A DNA stretch of 64,000 bases, taken from NCBI GenBank assembly GCA_951406725.2, contig OX597819.1, positions 81,468,001-81,532,000 of the forward strand, in the 5' to 3' direction. A model generated the notes under the pieces. The model ran no database searches. It was not told the origin of the DNA and saw only the letters and a list, made by a program, of their open reading frames with translations. Every line of letters begins with the position of its first letter. Position 1 is the stretch's first letter. Both the position numbers and the translations under genes were made by a program. Shown here one piece after another: positions 52,427 to 64,000 of this stretch. The DNA is from Octopus vulgaris (taxonomy: Eukaryota).

Positions 52427-53358
52427 ATATATACACACAAAGCGAAGTTGCAATCAACTTGATCTTTGATCTTCACACTAAAATTGACTCTGCTATCAGT
52501 GTAGAATCACACCAACAATAAATGCTCAGTTGTTATTTCACACACACACACACACACGTAGAAAAATAGATAGACAGACAGACAGACAGACATATGGACA
52601 GACAAATTGATGGACATACACATGCAGGCACATGGCATACATATGCCTTCATGCACAAGGACAGATAATGCCAGGGAAAAAGAACAGGGAGAAAGAGATG
52701 TATCAATAACTTTGCCAGGCGTACCTTTAGTCATGGTGAGCATGATAATGTTTATATCTATAGTAAATTATAGTATGTGAGAGAAAAAAGTGATGGGGAG
52801 GGTGGACATACTTACAGAACAAATTAATACTTTTTGCATAGCTATCTTTTTGTTTTATTTATGGTCCTCCGTCTATGTTTTGGATTTTTTATATGTACAA
52901 TTTATCTGGTTGCTGGGGAAAGTACATAACTCTTTGACAGTAAAGTATAGAAAGAGAGAGAGAGAGGGACTGTGTGTGTAAATGAGAAAGCAAAGGAAGG
53001 AAGAAATAAGGAAGGAGAAAGAAAAGGGAAAGAGGGTTTGCATCCATCACAAAAGACAGTAGTATATATACATCTGCATATAGTTATAGGTGTATGCTGC
53101 ACAGAGAACTAGAGTGACAGCAAAAGAGGTGTAAGGTATGATTTATGTGCTTCTGTGTGTGCATGTGTGTGTGTGTGTGTGTGTAAAAGTATAGTTATGT
53201 GTTAACAGAATTTTATGACAGCCATATGGTTCCAGGTTTGATCCCACTGTGCAGTATTTTGGGCAGGTATATTCTTCAATAACCTCAGAGTAACTAACAG
53301 AATATGAGTCAAAGAATTTGGTCAACAGAGTCAATTGTGATATATATATATATATATA

Positions 53359-53752
53359 AAAGAAGCTTTCTTCTCAACCACATGGTTCCAGGTTCAGTCC
53401 CACTGCATGGCACCATCATGAAGTGTCTTCTACTATAGCCTCAGGCCAACCAAAGCCTTGCAAGTGAATTTTGTAGATGGAATCTGAAAGAAGCCTGTCG
53501 TATATATGCATGTGTGTGTGTGTGTATCTATGAGCACATGTCTCTGTATCTGTGTTCGTCCCCACCCAGCACTTGACAACTCATGGTAGTGTGTTTACAT
53601 CTTCGTAACTTAGCAGTTCAGCAAAAGAGATTGATAGAATAAGTACTAGGCTTTAAAAAAATAAATCCTAGAGTCAGTTTGCTCAACTAAAACCCTTCAA
53701 GGTGGTACCCCAGCACAGCTGCAGTCAAATGACTGAAACAAATAAAAGAAAA
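53359..53752 (+). mobile_element. SINE family A
   Basis: aagaagctttc...ccacatggttccaggttcagtcccactgc...gactgaaacaaataaaag. Confidence 0.85.
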
Positions 53753-53757
53753 TAAGA

Positions 53758-53809
<52 letters not shown>

Positions 53810-53871
53810 CACACAGTCACACACACATATGTACTGACAATATATATGTATGCATGTTTCTGTGTATATCG

Positions 53872-53996
<125 letters not shown>

Positions 53997-54082
53997 CGTA
54001 TATATGAGTGAGTGGACAAATGAAAGAAGGGCACTTAACAAATTTATTGGGAGTTACATGTGTGGATCAAACAATTTAATTG

Positions 54083-54753
54083 AAATTCGTTGGTACTCTT
54101 GAGTTTCAAGCGTGATGCTAGTCATCAGCCATTTTGAATTTGAACGACAGATGTTGATTGTTATTACTGTAAGATGGACTGAGATTGTTCAAGGAATGTC
54201 ACACGGTGTCGAGGTTTGATGATGGTATATAGGTAACAGTTAGTCGGAAAATACTGTGTGGTGAATGGGAAATTGACCATGTGGAGGACAGGAAATAGAC
54301 CACATGGCAATTAGCAAAATCAGTCAGGTTGTTGCGGGGAAGTAGGAAGAGGCAGCATGTGCAAGTGTATAGTTCTATATGTACAGATGTGTATGCTCGT
54401 ATTAATACACACATGCATGCAAAACTATATAAGGACATCTGCACACTCATATAACTAAATAAAACTATATACTTGCACATGTCACCCCTTTCCACTTCCC
54501 CTCCAACAACTTGACTGATTTCCTAATCACCGCATGGTCTATTTCCTATCCTCCACATGGTCAATATCCCATTCACCATGCAGTATTTCCAACTGACAGT
54601 TACCCATATACCAACATCAAACCACGACACCAAGTGATCCTCCTCGACCAATTGCAGCTCACCTTATGGTAATAGCAATCAACTTCTATCATTCAAATTC
54701 AAAATGGCTGATGACTAGCATAAAGCCTGAAACTCAAGAGTACCAATGAATTT
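54083..54753. mobile_element. Foldback element / long-TIR MITE (about 290-bp arms)
   Basis: 54083-54374 and 54463-54753 are reverse complements at roughly 80% identity by eye (ggtactcttgagtttc...gctagtcatcagccattttgaatttgaa). Confidence 0.8.
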
Positions 54754-54964
54754 GAATCAAACTGTTTTGATCCATCCACATATATACATATATGTATACA
54801 TATACATATCTATAAATACATACAAACACATACATACATATACAACTACATAGTTCTAGATCTTGACATTGCATGATAATTGTAAATGATGTCACTGTTC
54901 TACAATCAGTGTCATTCATTTCATATATTCTGCAAGAACATGTCTGGCCATAGAAAAATCTACC

Positions 54965-55780
54965 TCAAATTAATTCAGCTCTAGAATTCAGTAGGTCAGT
55001 GGAGTTCTTAGAATTAAAAAGATATTTCATTCAACTATACAAACCCTGCACCTCCTTAATCTATTAACATATGGCATGGACTGTTCTGCAATGCTCCACT
55101 CAATGGTACGAGGGATTTTCTTGGCCTTCACGTCCTAGATATATCTTGTTTACTTAGTGGTTTTCTTCCTGTCTACATACTAGAAAGAAGAATGGTGTTA
55201 AGGCTTTTTATTTTTATTAAAGTTACTTTCATATAAACCAATACGCTATTTTTTTTTAGCTTTGCTACTTTATAAAACTCATGTGAACTCAACTTCATAA
55301 ATCACTGAGCTAACTATGCATGCCTGGTCAAGAGAGCAAGTGTCTGGGTCTCTACAGTTACATTTTGGTGTAGTCTTCTGGTGTGACTTATGTGTAATAA
55401 TGTTTTTCATGTTGGAACATTTGGAAGAAGCTTTCACTGAACGTCTATTAAAAATTTTATTATACCTATGGCTATCTAGGAAAGGCTTATCTATTAAGGC
55501 AAGGTATTTTCTTAGCATTCAAAGTAAAAGGTGGTAGCCAAACCATATAATCTTCCTAGAGCTATTTTTAGGCTTAATGCTTTTTATAGTAGGGATGTAA
55601 CCCATTTTCTCTTTGAAACCACTGTTAGCCAGAGCATAGTAGGGGATTGCCTTATTGAAAATATCCTTAGGGCAGGAACAATTAGACGTCTTGTTACTAA
55701 TATTAGTTATAAGATTTTATATTTATCTCTCATTAGATGGGCGCTATTTTTATTGCTTTTACCAATAACAGAACAGTGCA
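54965..55780 (-). mobile_element. Penelope-like retroelement fragment (RT thumb, linker, GIY-YIG), decayed
   Basis: ALANSGFKEK...RKIIWF..PPF, LIDKPF..HRYNKIFNRRSVK, CNCRDPDTCSLDQAC, a YIG-like IGL motif and a C-terminal LLNSRAEL. Confidence 0.8.
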
Positions 55781-56284
55781 TATATATATATATATTTAAA
55801 TATCCATACATATGCATACACAGACACACAAACACATATTCAAACATACATGCATATATATAATTATATATTTAGATTTACACACACACACACACACATA
55901 AATATATTTGTGTTTGCACATGTGTGTGATATAAAAGAAAAAAACTACAAGGAAGTGTGACACATTATCAAAACTTTTAGGCTTGGCTAGATAGTTTGGC
56001 TATAATCATCATATCTCTGGATAAGATAATGTGCAGGATTTGAGTCGTGCTATAGTAATAATAAACACAGAAAACATAACACATGTTTCTAAAGATTTGA
56101 GTGTTGTCATTACGCAAGCCAATTTCCTCTATTACACTCTACAATTACACTATACTCAATTTCTGGGCATCACCAGCAAAACATATTAAATATTGTTTTG
56201 CATATGTTATATGAAGCTTAAAAATCTCTATTACATTTTCTGAGTTAATTATTACTATGTGTGTGTGTATATATATAGATATGT

Positions 56285-57070
56285 TCTTTTACTTGTTTCA
56301 GTCATTTGACAGTAGCCATGATGGAGTACTGCCTTTAGTCAAACAAATCAACCGCAGGACTTATTTTTTGTAAGCCTACTACTTATGCTATCGGTCTCTT
56401 TTACTGAACCACTAAGTTATGGGAAAGTATACACACTAACACCAGTTGTCAAGTGATTGTGGATGGACAAACACAGACATACAAATACATATATAAATAT
56501 ACATATATATATATATATTATGTGAAATAGAAAGATGAATAATCTTGTAGTAGATTAATCAAAAGTTTAACCGATACCTTAGTAGCAAAAATCACAGCAG
56601 TAAAATCACGATTTCTGTTCAATCTGCGTTCAGCTCCATTTCTTCAATTCACCAATAATGTTATATATATATATATGTATGTATATATACAACGGGCTTC
56701 TTTCAGTTTCTTATTTCTTTATTGCCCACAAGGGGCTAAACATAGAGGGGGCAAACAAGGACTACAAACGGATTATGTCGATTACATCACCCCCAGTGTG
56801 TAACTGGTACTTAATTTATTGACCCCTGAAAGGATGAAAGGCAAAGTCAACCTCAGCAGAATTTGAACTGAGAATATAAAGGTAGACGAAATACCGCTAA
56901 GCATTTCGCCCGGCATGCTAAAATTTCTGCTAGCTCACCGCTGGCAAATCCACTCACAAGGCTTTGGTCAGTCTGAGGCTATAGTAGAAGACACTTGTCC
57001 AAGGTGTCACACAGTGGGACTGAACCGATCACTATATAGTTGGGAAACAAGCTTCCTACCACACAGCCAC
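56285..57070 (-). mobile_element. SINE family A split by a younger SINE B
   Basis: Tail at 56285-56480; head broken at gggcttctttcagtttc | ggcaaatccactcacaagg. Confidence 0.75.
56703..56943 (-). mobile_element. Near full-length young SINE family B
   Basis: Reverse complement reads gcggtgagctagcagaa...gccgggcgaaatgcttagcgg...ctttcatcctttcaggggtcaataaattaagtaccag...aataaagaaataag. Confidence 0.85.
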
Positions 57071-57099
57071 ACACACACTCACACACACACATATATATT

Positions 57100-57300
57100 A
57101 AGGTAGTGAGCTGGCAGAACCATTAGCATGCCAGACCAATGCCTAGCAGCATTGTGTCCATCTTTATGTTGTGAGATCAAATTCTGCTGTCAACTTTGCT
57201 TTCCATTCTTTCAAGTTTGATGAAATAAGTACCAGCCAAGCAATGAGAATGATATAATTGACTAGCTCCCTTCCCTAAAATTCCATAGTAGAAAGGGTTA
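57100..57300 (+). mobile_element. SINE family B
   Basis: aaggtagtgagctggcagaaccattagcatgcc...gtagaaagggttatta. Confidence 0.75.
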
Positions 57301-57306
57301 TTACTA

Positions 57307-57345
<39 letters not shown>

Positions 57346-57614
57346 ATATATATGTGTGTGTGTGTATGTACATATACACACAGGTATGGCTTGATGGTAA
57401 GAAGTTTATTTTACAATGATGAGGTCTTATATTCAATTTTAAGTTATAATTTTTACAAATCTATGCTGCCCCAAGTCTGGGGTGCCAATAAGACTGGTGT
57501 TGCCAATAAATTTTAATTAAAAAAAAGCAGCTTAAATTTTCTGTAGTGTTAATGTCATACTTACTTTACATATATGCATCATCTCCATACAATTCATATA
57601 AATCAATAAGGAAC

Positions 57615-57853
57615 TCACTACATGGTCAGTGGCTTGACTAGAAGCAGCAACCAAAATTGTGCTCATAACACACACACTATCACTTTAAAAGAAAGGACAC
57701 ACTAGATAATGTAGTCTTAGATACACTATCCCTCAAATGGTGATGGCTGGAATGTTTTGATCATAAGTCCGTACAATTAGAGCTAACCTGAAAATAAACA
57801 AATGAGAACAGTAAGAAGAACAACAACAGCAGCAGCAGCAACAACAACAACAA
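57615..57853 (+). mobile_element. Retroposon tail family D ending in (CAA/CAG)n
   Basis: ggacacactagataatgtagtc...ttgatcataagtc; reverse-complement copies near 0.4, 2.75, 41.3 and 45.85 kb. Confidence 0.55.
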
Positions 57854-59025
57854 CATATATTCCCATCCTCTATTTGGACTAAATCTACGAATCTTTATTC
57901 ATAAAGTAGGGTTTCAATATCCTTATTTACAGTGTAACAGTCATTTGGATGACACTGATAGTTTGAAAGACCTAAATTATTCTAGTAATAACTCATCTTT
58001 AAAACATAGACATGTAAAAAAATTGTTTGTTTTACAGCACTTAAAATGAACTTCAAAAATAACATGTCCACAGGTGTCAACAAAATGAATGTCAACAACA
58101 CGTCAGGCATTCCAAATATGTTCTGAGATATTGGCATGAGCCAAAACAGCGCTATTTCAGGAGAGAAGCAATTACTTTACAAATTTATTTGTTTGTTTTG
58201 ACTGTTGTTTAAAGCTTATCGGATTAGTGGATTAGTGAGAGTAAGAGAAATTGCAAGTTAGACACTTTAGATATACGTGAGGTATTTTTCTACCGGTTTG
58301 CCCAAGTCTATTTCACCTTTTTTGTATATTCATAGATACATTGACATTGCAGTCTGTGGTTTTGTTAAAAACTAGGGGGAAAAAAAAAAATCTGAACAAA
58401 TTTAAATTCAGTAATTCCTTTAGAAAACATAGGAAAAAAGACATGAAAAGATATGGAATAATGTCTGGAAAAAAACATGGAATAACATATCAAAAATATA
58501 ATTTCATATTCATTTCTTACACAAGTACCAGACTTGAAACTGTTAGGAAAGGGAAAATGTCATGTTGTTACATTCATGGCTTTCCCTAGAACATTAGCAT
58601 ACTGAATTAATATTAGCATAAGTGAATTGAATTGATTGCATCCAGGGAATAAACCCAGGTCACGATTTCAGCACATTGGGAATTTACCTCTACACACTAT
58701 GTTATTGCCACCGGAATGAAAAATTAATTGAATCAGGATTAAGGAGATATTATAATGACCACCACTGACTATTACTATTGACTTCTGTTATTATGAACAA
58801 CAACAATTGCAACACTAGTAATGATGATGACGAAAAGGAAAGAAAAAAAAAGGTGAAATTGTTAAATAGGTGTTAAATGGATGCAATAATGCCTTCAGCT
58901 AGTAGAACTGTATCTTAAGAAGGGAAATGGAAGAAGAATAGATTCACTTGTACAATCTCAGAGTTTAGAAGTTAAGTGTTGAGTATTATCTGTTTGGCCC
59001 TTGTACCTTTCAATAGTAATAAAAG

Positions 59026-59063
<38 letters not shown>

Positions 59064-61024
59064 GTGATGGGGATGAGGATATTGACGACAATGAGGAAGA
59101 ACATGATTTCTCACATTAGCACATGAACTAAATTTTTAAGAATAAGGTATATTTGAGAGAACTGTCTCTTATTTATTTTTATCAGCCCTAAAAATAGATA
59201 AAAGCCAAAGTCACTGTTCAACAGGAACTGAAATCAAAATGAGAAAAAAAAAATTGGTTATAAACATATATAAACAGCAAAGTATTTAATTCAGCAGCAT
59301 TCTACCATTTCTTCTACTAATAATGATAAGACTTTCTGTATTTGCCATATGGAAAGGAGTAAGAAAATTGTAACAGACGAAAGAAGAATAAAAAGAATTT
59401 GAATTAACTGAAAAATAGATATACAATATATGGATCATAATTTTTATATAAAAATCCTTACTATGGATTCAGTTAGGAACAAGATCTTTCCTGAACATTG
59501 CAAGTGTTTAACCAGCAGTCACAAATACATGAAGGATTGTTTCTCACTTTCCCCACAAACCATGCCATCACATCTCAAACATACTCAACTAGCCAATACA
59601 ATCTTGTAACCATCATCATCATCATAGTTGTTGTTGTCATCGTTATCATCATCATCATGACCATCATCTTCTAATGCCCAGCTTCCATGCTGACATGGGC
59701 TGGATGGTTTGACAGGGTTTGATAAGTCAAAGGACTGTATCATGCACCAATATCCATTTTGAGCACGGTTTCTATGGTTTCTATGCTCTTCTAAATACCA
59801 ACCACTTTACTGAGTACACTGTTTGTTTGCTCTTTTGTTTTGCTTTGTGGCACAAGCACACCACTAGTGATGATTGATTTGTAACTTGCAAGGTTAAGGC
59901 TCTAAAGTGACCCCCTATAACTGAAGGGGAACAGAAGAGACAGTGGTTAGTGATCCTAAGACAATGAAGACCTGAAAAGTTTCTGATATACTTTTGTTAA
60001 ACTAGTCAATTTAATCTCTGACTTCCTAGTTGAATTAATCAATTTAGATACTGAATATTGGAGTCATCGCCCAGTTCAGGAAACTTGAACTAAACTCTTT
60101 TGACTAAACTAAGTATAGTCAAACCGATATCTGAACATCTGTTATTCAATAAGAATAACTAATAAGCCATACTGTGTGTAACCTGATCTTGATAATAACA
60201 ATGGTGGTACCCTTTCATCTTTTGTTTGCAAGCATTAAGATCGATATCAAATTACTGAAGATCATATAGAAATGTTACATCAAGAAAGGGGGTTATTACC
60301 TTATTTTCTGGCATATAGGTTGAATTTTTCAAACCCAAATTTACAACCAAAAGAAATAGGTCAACTTATACTCCAAGACAATTTTGGAGGACAAAAAAAT
60401 TCAATGTAAAATGCTGCAGGGTTTGGAAAGAGAGTGATGATGTTTGAATGTTTACACTACAGTTAACTTTTAAGCCAAAAAATAAGAAAATACGGTATCG
60501 GTGGTATCATGATCATATCTTTAATTTACAATTATCAAAAGTACTACATGACAGTCAGTCCTCTAGTTTGGTCTCAGTAAGTCATTCTAAACAGTATTAC
60601 AATAACAAATGATGTCCTCTTGCTGAATTTACCATTAAACATTATGGGGAAACAATTTCTTCTAGGTTAAGCTAAATTAAGTTGAGAAATTCTCATCAAA
60701 GAGTAAAAAACATACTTCTTAAATATTTTCTTTTTTAAAATAATTTTAATACATAAAAATACCCGACATACTGAAGGATTTATAAGCATAGAAAAATCGG
60801 TGGTGACTTTATCACTCAATGACTGAGATCCAAGTACAGGTCAGTCAAAAGTAACTGAGTTTGTTGTTGATATCATTGTCTGTGAAGAAAAAGAAGTACC
60901 AGTGATAAAACAGTATTTCAATAGTGGTAAAATGGTCTCAACCATTTCATAAGAGTACAACATTGTAGAACACATAAAAACTTCATAAACATACTTTTAT
61001 ACATAGATACATATATATATTATA

Positions 61025-61851
61025 TCTATTATATAAAATCGTTCTGCCTGTGTGTGTGTGTCTTCTAGGATCTCGGGCATCCTCCATCCGATTGCACTCA
61101 AATTTGATATGTAGCTACCGACAGTATCAGGGTGTGTATAAGTCTTGAGAAAATTACAAAAAAATGATTCCAGGTGAGAATGTGATCGATAAAGCCGTGG
61201 GAACGTGCATTTGTATGCAAGTACTTCAGCTGTTGTGATCGATACTACGCACATGCAGTTTGCACAAAAAAAGCTGGCTGGCTTGCTCATAAAGTAAGTT
61301 AGCTTAAAATTAGTTACTTAGTTCCCTAGGTTGTTGCTTTTCATCAAAAATCGCTCCAAGTTGATTTCCTACATGTTTTATCGGATAAACTTATTATTGT
61401 CCCAGGTACGTTCTCATAAATTCATCATGCTTTTCCATCTAGATTTACCTCCAGCTAACCCATTTGCATGCATCGTTTTTGTCCTGCTTTTCTTCTGTCA
61501 ACCTGTACATAACTGCACCTTCCATTTTTTGTTGTTTTTGTACTGCTTAAAGGCACGTTTCTTTCCTGCCAAGCTTACTGTTTAAACCATGATTGTGTTC
61601 TCCCAGTCAACAGCCTTATCATTACTGGTACTTTAAACTCTTTGGTTGCATATTTATGTGAATAAAATCGTTTTTCTTTGGAAAAGAAAAAAAGTCTATC
61701 TTTATTTCTTCTTTTGCTGGTGTCTCAAATTTAGGTTGAATCAGTGTTTCTCAAAGGGGAGGACTATGGGACGGTCAAACAAGTTGTTTTGAGAAAATTT
61801 GGTTTAAATGTTTGACGACTCAGCACCATCCATTGGACGGGGAGCGTTTTG

Positions 61852-61855
<4 letters not shown>
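61025..61855 (+). mobile_element. Non-autonomous Helitron, longest copy (about 830 bp)
   Basis: 5' TCTATTATATAAAATC; 3' ccatccattggacggggagcgttttgctcat into a long (AT)n; contains both blocks seen separately in the two shorter copies. Confidence 0.75.
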
Positions 61856-61915
<60 letters not shown>

Positions 61916-62802
61916 GAAGTCTAGTATAGCTTCCTCATTTTACAATCAGATATGTTAATTAACAATCAGTTATCTGAACAAAACACCAAAACACTCCTTG
62001 TCCAACATGTTCTGATAAATGAGGCCTAACTGTGTAAAAAAAAAAAAAAATTAATAACTTCCAATATGATAAATGCAAAAGTGTAATGAGTAGTTAAAAA
62101 TAGGAACACTCATAACATCAAGTCTATGTACACAGATAAGAAAAATAGAATTAAATGTCCTGCTCAAAAATATAGCAGAAAGGTTTCAGCTAATTTCAAT
62201 AAGTTAGTGGCCCAATTTCATTTTTCTGATCATTACAAAACCAAAGTGTAAGTCTCTATTTTTTTTAATGTTTAGAACTTGACACCAACATGGAAAAAAA
62301 GGAGAAACACGTCCATTTATTTGTTATCATTTAAGAAGTTTATTGTAAAATGAGATCAATAAAGCAACTGTGTCCTACCCTTAAGTGTGGTTACACCTGT
62401 ACCTGTAAATCTATGCAGACAGTAGAGAAAAGAAGTTATGTACTTAAATGTGGATAATGTTTATTATTGTTAACTAGTAAATGAGATTATTTCTTTAAAA
62501 GTTTAACACAAGTTTAAATCGCTTAAAGTATTCTCAAAGATATTTCAAGACCCTTTAGTTATTAAAACCAAAAGTTAAAAGTACAAGATGGCCCAATTGC
62601 AATCTAATGTTCTTTTACTTTATACAGAACTATAATAGGCACAGGCATGGCTGGCTGGCTGATCAAAAGTTTGCTTCTCAATCTTGTGGTTTCAGTTTAA
62701 ATCTCCCTGTATGGCACCTTGGTGAAGGAACTTCTACTGTAAGCACATGTTCAACCAAAACTTTGTGAGTGGATATATTAGGTAGGAACTGAAAGAAGTT
62801 CA

Positions 62803-62870
<68 letters not shown>

Positions 62871-63069
62871 CTTAAACAGAAGCACAGCAAAGGAATGAAT
62901 GCAAAATACAGACACAAGATATGGACATGCTGATCCCTTGATGGCATCAGCAGTGAAAAACTGCTGGAAATAGTGAGTGAACATTGAGGACAGTAACAAA
63001 AATGTTTGTCCACGTGCATGCATTTATGTATGTGTGTTACCATCTTCTTCTTTTGACTTTGCTTGACAG

Positions 63070-63352
63070 ATGTGAGTCACTATCGTACAAGCAGTGTCCT
63101 TTATTTCCAGTCTCCCAAGGAAATATGTCTGGCCATGGAGAAATATTACCTTCCTTGGAAACAAGTGAGGGTTGACAACAGAAAGGGCATCCAGCTCGAC
63201 AAATTCTGCCTGACTTATGCAAGCATTGAAAAGTAGACATTAAAATAATGATGATGACGACGACAAAGATGATGACGATGACGACGATGATGATGAGGAG
63301 GAGGAGGATAATGATGAGGATGATGATGAGGATGAGGATGAGGATGATGATA
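63070..63352 (+). mobile_element. RTE T2 tail with expanded (GAT/GAC/GAG)n
   Basis: ctggccatggagaaatattacc...agggcatccagc...tagacattaaaataatgatgatgacg followed by about 100 bp of trinucleotide array. Confidence 0.75.
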
Positions 63353-64000
63353 TTACTGTCTTTTATATTGTCTTGGAGACCTCACCAATTGAAATCTTAT
63401 TCATCTGTCTAGAATAATTTTATCTCTTATGTCACTTAAACTTAGATTAATTGTTGTGGTCAAGCTTTACTAAAAGTCATTTTTGTGTAATCTTTTGAAG
63501 ATATCATCTATTGCTAAGTGAAGTCACTTGAAAACATCATTTGGTCATTCTGCATTGTTGATAAATGAGCAAAAAGTGTGACAAAGAGAAAGAAAAGAGA
63601 GAGGGGGGGAAAAGAAAGAGGAGAAGAGAGAGACGGAGAGAGAGAGAGAGAGAGAGATGTTCTGTTTTTATATTATATTTTTCTTTTGCTTTGTCTTGGC
63701 TGGAACACACCCTCGGGTAAAATCTGCTCCATTACAGCTGAACTGCCTTGTTCGCTGACATGAGCATGAAAATAATCTCTTAGTGCACCTCAACTCAAGC
63801 ACCTAATAATATGCTCATATTGCACCAATTCATACAGATAATGGTTTTAATACACATGGAAATAAGAGATATTTTCACACATCATTCATACCATGGATTT
63901 AATGTCATGATTTAATCCTTTATCTTGTGAATGCTTAGGAATCAAATTTGATCAATGCAATAGCAAATTTAGCAGTGAATTGATACTTTATTTGCCATAT

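Noticed and set aside
63248-63352. Poly-Asp/Glu coding tract (also 59025-59100)
   Set aside because: The 63.2-kb tract is an expanded (GAT)n retroposon tail; neither tract has an exon context

Overview
AT-rich, microsatellite-dense metazoan DNA, almost all intronic or intergenic and dominated by transposons. The SINE heads, RTE-type tails ending in (GAT)n and the dense (TA)/(CA)/(CATA)n arrays suggest an octopus (coleoid cephalopod) genome; this is inferred from my recognition of the repeats, not from a search. No complete protein-coding gene can be supported, and most ORFs in the track are microsatellite translations. Recognisable relics: two convergent RTE endonuclease halves (15.0-19.0 kb), many RTE 3' tails, a Rex3-like RTE end, two mariner relics, a maT/DD37D relic, a Chapaev3-like element with TTA target duplication, three copies of a non-autonomous Helitron, hAT, piggyBac and pogo-like MITEs, Penelope-like fragments and at least three SINE families. 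There is one 100-N gap. Best hunt results: (1) a type I hammerhead ribozyme with an intact core and an unusually long helix II at 51167-51256, plus two degenerate minimal hammerheads nearby; (2) three long inverted repeats able to form dsRNA; (3) a variable-copy 62-bp stem-loop array in a young RTE tail; (4) a (TA)n tract stacked with unrelated insertions; (5) low-confidence short exon candidates on both strands. Repeat boundaries were read by eye and are approximate unless a TIR or TSD is quoted.
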